From assembly GCA_002269645.1 (NCBI GenBank), contig NIVC01003569.1, positions 1 through 64,000 of the forward strand: 64,000 nt of DNA, given 5' to 3'. The notes beneath the pieces were generated by a model. That model made no database searches. It saw only the letters and a list, made by a program, of their open reading frames with translations, and was not told the DNA's origin. Position numbers and translations under genes: made by a program. This DNA comes from Macrostomum lignano. Its lineage: Eukaryota. This document shows positions 60,493 to 64,000 of this stretch, piece by piece; position 1 is the first letter of the stretch, and each line of letters begins with the position of its first letter.

Positions 60493-62532
60493 ATGGACGG
60501 CGAAGCGATGGACGTTCGAGTGTCCGATTCGGTGAGAGAGAGGCTCTTCCTACAGCAGCCAGCGGATCTGACGGATGCAATCCGGACAGTTAGGCAACTG
60601 GAGGCAGCGCAGAAAGCGTCAGCATCGCAACATAAACCTAAGCCAAGAGGTGGACTGAATGTGTTCTCAACCGCCCAAGAACATCCGGGAGCCGAAGAGG
60701 TGCGGCAGCTGAGGGCGAAAATGGAGAGGATGGAAGAGACGATCCGCCAGTTGCAGCAGGGCCCCGTCAATGCAGCCGGTCCCCAAAGAGCCGCCGAACC
60801 AACCGGTACAGGCCCACACCAGGACACAGTCGCGTGTCTATCACAAGGCCCTCCACAGGCATCTGGCGCCACCGGAGGCTCGGCTCCGAAAAGGGTCACC
60901 TGTTTTCGGTGCGGGAAAACCGGGCATCTCTCGTTTAATTGCAAGCAGCAGGAAAAAGCCAACAGGAACTCACGTCCTGGAGGCCACTGAGTTCCTGCAA
61001 TCATCCTGCCTCCACCAGCAGCACCCAGCATCATCAGCAACTCATCGACAGCACCCAGCATCATCAGCAACTCATCGACAGCACCATGCATCATCAGCAA
61101 CTCGTGCCCGGCAACAAGGATCATCAACCTGGCGCTAGTATCAAGCATCACGAAGTCCCCAGCGCCAGCCTCAACAACCCTAGCATCAAAGGCCGCCATC
61201 AAGCTAATGTCATTTTCACCGGTCACTCTCAGCATGGCATTCAGTTGGGCTCGTCGGCCCTTTATGTGACAGCAACGGTGTCCGGCAGGAAGCTCAATGC
61301 GCTCATTGATTCAGGAGCTTCGTGTACAATCATGTCAGAAGAGGCCTTTGAAAGACTACCGAAACGAGAGATCGAAGTCCTTTCGAAGCTAGACGGCGGT
61401 ATCAGCATGGCGAACGGCGCTACGGTCGAGGTCCTAGGCACAGCTTTACTCTCATTAAGAATCGCGGGCGAGACAATCCCTACGGTCGTGGCGGTCGTCT
61501 CGGGAATCAAGTATCAGCTGGTGATAGGCTCCGACTTCTTCAGGCAGAATAACTGCATTATTGATTACAAGAAGGCAGTCATAAAAAATCAACGAAAGGG
61601 CGATCCCGTTCCGGTGGCAAGAAGAGCATCCAACGACATGTCGGATTTTTGCAGATCGTTATAGCACGCTTCCCCCGGCCATCAGGTTATCTTGCCTGGG
61701 AAACTCGACCGGAGATGGAAGAAGAACAGAGGATGTGTCGGCTTGACAGAAAATTTTGCGGGAAGCACCCTTACTTCTGGACAACGCCTGGTGAAGCCTG
61801 TAGGTGCCTACAGAAGTAGGACGCGTACCAGTCTGCTTGATGAATCTTACAGACGAGCCTGTGAAGCTGAAAAAGGGCAGTGTGCTAGGTTGGTACTTCC
61901 CGCTGGACCCCACGGAGCCACTGAACAACTTAAAGATCCACTTAATGGAGCCTACAGAGAAGACCGACTAGCAAGACGAAAACGACGGAGATGAGATCGA
62001 ACTCATTCCAAACGAGTATGGTACCTTTGGCCTCTCTCCCGAGGAGGACAAGGAATTTAAAAACTTGGTTAGCAATTTCAAGGACGTGTTCGTTACATCA
62101 CAGTCACCGTGCCGGAAGACAAGCGTCGTCGAACACGAGATCGAGACTGGAGCGTCTCGACCGATCAAAATCCCGCCAAGACGATTGCCACCGCATCTCG
62201 CGGAGGAGGTGAATCGTCAGATTGACGGACTGCTCAAAGACGGACAAATCGAAGAAGCGCAGTCACCTTGGTGTTCGCCGCTCGTCTGTGTGAGGAAGAA
62301 AACCGGGGAAATCAGACTTTGCGTGGACTATAGAAAGCTGAATGAAGTGACGGTGAAAGACGCGGTCCCGATGCCTCGAGTCGATGATGCCCTGGAGGCT
62401 CTTCACGGGCGAAGATTTTCTCCACCATGGACTTGCATAGTGGCTTCTGGCAGGTGAGCGTCAAAGAAGCCGATCGAGGGAAGACTGCATTCGCTGTACC
62501 AAATAGAGGCCAGTTCAAATGGAGGTCATGCC

Positions 62533-62796
62533 TGTAATGACTCAGAAGTCAGTCTCAATTTTGCAGTGCGAAAACGCTTGGCCCTCCAAGTAGGGCGAGA
62601 GCGCCGATATATATTTTTTGGCTTTAGGTCTCGACCAATCACGTGCGGCCGCGTAGGCATAACAGGCATAAAAAGGGGGGAGGAAAGCCAGGGGTACAGT
62701 GTACACAAACTAAGTACAGTGCGTGAGCACCCCACACTGCTAGGCACCCCGTCTAAACAAGCGAGTGCAGGGCTGCGGCATGACAATGCCGTTCGG
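62533..62796 (+). mobile_element. LTR-like segment inserted into the Gypsy RT and itself cut by the Polinton
   Basis: Starts TGTAATGACT exactly where the RT breaks; contains CCAAT (~62635) and TATA-like ATAAAA (~62669). Confidence 0.55.
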
Positions 62797-63225
62797 AGTA
62801 GAATGCATGAGGGGGCTTTTGGGACAAATTTTTAACGTCCTCCATAATCCCTTTAAATCCATCCATATTATCCCCGACAGAATCAGAAAAAAGGCGGGGG
62901 TCGCACTTGCTCCGAAAACTTCGGAAATAATCCCATTAAATCCATCCATATTATCCCTGAATCAGAAAAAAAGAGGGTCGCACTTGCACCGAAAACTTCG
63001 AACATAATCCTCCTAAATCCATCCATTTTATCCCTGACAGAATCAAAGCATAGCAGGTGTCCTACATAATCCACTGACATCCACCCACAGTATCTTCGAA
63101 ACAACCAGAAAATAATCTACATTCTTCTCCCCACATTCAATTCGCAACGCGAAACCAGATCCCTAAGACTTTAAATCATTAGCGCAGGGTCCTTACCCTT
63201 TGAAAAATCTAAATTTTCTCTAAAA

Positions 63226-63465
63226 ATGCTTCCAATCGTCTCTCCAGGTTCTTATTACAAAGCGCACGAGCCTAATTACAAGAGTAAGTACCAATGCAAA
63301 CTAGAATGCAGCGAGTACATGAGAAAATATTGGCCCGGTGTTGATATCAATGTCCCTAATATTAATCAAGCTCTCCGAAGTCACTGGTTTCTTAAGTATG
63401 GAGTAACCTACGTAAAAGATTACGACAGCTACAATAACTCTGCAGCAATCATTAAGCAATTGTGA
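63226..63465 (+). CDS. Small unknown ORF (79 aa) inside the Polinton end
   Basis: ATG-initiated, Tyr/Lys-rich ORF converging on the capsid-like gene. No recognised motif. Confidence 0.4.
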   Translation: MLPIVSPGSYYKAHEPNYKSKYQCKLECSEYMRKYWPGVDINVPNINQALRSHWFLKYGVTYVKDYDSYNNSAAIIKQL

Positions 63466-63477
63466 TTTTTTCTCACA

Positions 63478-64000
63478 TTCTCTCAATGATCAACGTCAAT
63501 ACAAACTCTTCACCGTTGAAATCAACGCCAACACCATCTTCAGTCTCAAACTGTAGCACAATCTCGTGAATCTCCTTATTACTCAATGCAACTCTTTTCA
63601 CTGGATTTGGTTTCTCTACCAGCATCTGTCCTCCAGCTACAGAGTTAGAGATGTTGTAAAAATATTCGTTCGCTTTCCCTTAAATACCCAATCAAGACTG
63701 AGATTATACTTCTGATTAGAATATTCAAACCCTTTACAATGTCTGCAATATTGGGTGCTAAGAACAAACCGCTTACACTTTCCCGGGCCATGCTAACGAC
63801 CCCCGATGATTTTGGCGCTTGAGTGGCGGTCCGCGCCGGGGATTCTACCTTATAAACTTTCTTCTCGAATCCCAATTCCATATACCAAGTGTCATCTTTA
63901 AACTCAACCTCCGCATCTTTGTGAACTTGCATGACCACTCTCATTACAGTGAGATCATAGGTTAGTTTGACAGGGAACAGTTTCTTCTCTGGCTTACTCG
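63478..64000 (-). pseudogene. Polinton minor capsid (penton-like) protein C-terminal part, frameshifted
   Basis: After a frameshift: GGQMLVEKPNPVKRVALSNKEIHEIVLQFETEDGVGVDFNGEEFVLTLIIER, matching the PG..I.E.P....I..I.I...D..G..IDF.GE.....L.I pattern of Polinton minor capsid proteins. Confidence 0.7.

Larger units (their letters stand above)
59876..62532 (+). mobile_element. Ty3/Gypsy element, 5' part (LTR, PBS, gag, protease, RT N-terminus), disrupted and truncated
   Basis: LTR ~59876-60140; PBS at 60144; knuckle CFRCGKTGHLSFNC; LIDSGASCTIMS; SPWCSPLVCVRKK..CVDYRKLN..MDLHSGFWQV. Broken at VMP by another LTR. Confidence 0.88.
62797..64000. mobile_element. Polinton/Maverick left end (TIR plus terminal genes), continuing beyond the window
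   Basis: 5'-AGTAG terminus, TIR with internal repeats also found at 34162-34502, and a minor-capsid-like gene. Confidence 0.72.

Overview
Eukaryotic (probably invertebrate animal) DNA dominated by transposable elements. It is split by a 239-N gap (25513-25751) that is followed by a ~7.8 kb (CCCTAA)n telomeric array (25752-33547). Left of the gap: a mariner fragment; a Jockey/I-like LINE interrupted by a young, internally deleted Mag-clade Gypsy element; an RPA70-like pseudogene; minisatellite and Helitron-like repeats; an intronless AlkB (ALKBH2/3-like) ORF running into a Harbinger transposon that carries a 1.6 kb foldback insertion; a zinc-finger/JmjC pseudogene; and a GIY-YIG-bearing Neptune-like Penelope element that starts at (TTAGGG)3, has a candidate intron, and is followed by a 23-bp satellite. 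Right of the array the sequence reads like a left chromosome end: a C-rich Penelope-type 3' end with a canonical minimal hammerhead ribozyme and a (CCCTAA)n tail, a Polinton TIR stub, and a second ribozyme-truncated copy with its own (CCCTAA)n. Further in are an intronless ankyrin/death-domain-like ORF, an intact P4-ATPase (ATP11-like), a THAP/P-element with a nested near-complete Mag Gypsy, more Gypsy debris and the left end of a Polinton. The most interesting signals are the ribozyme-bearing telomere-associated retroelement stack and the cluster of RPA-, AlkB- and JmjC-like cargo among transposons. All family assignments come from motif recognition by eye; no searches were run.
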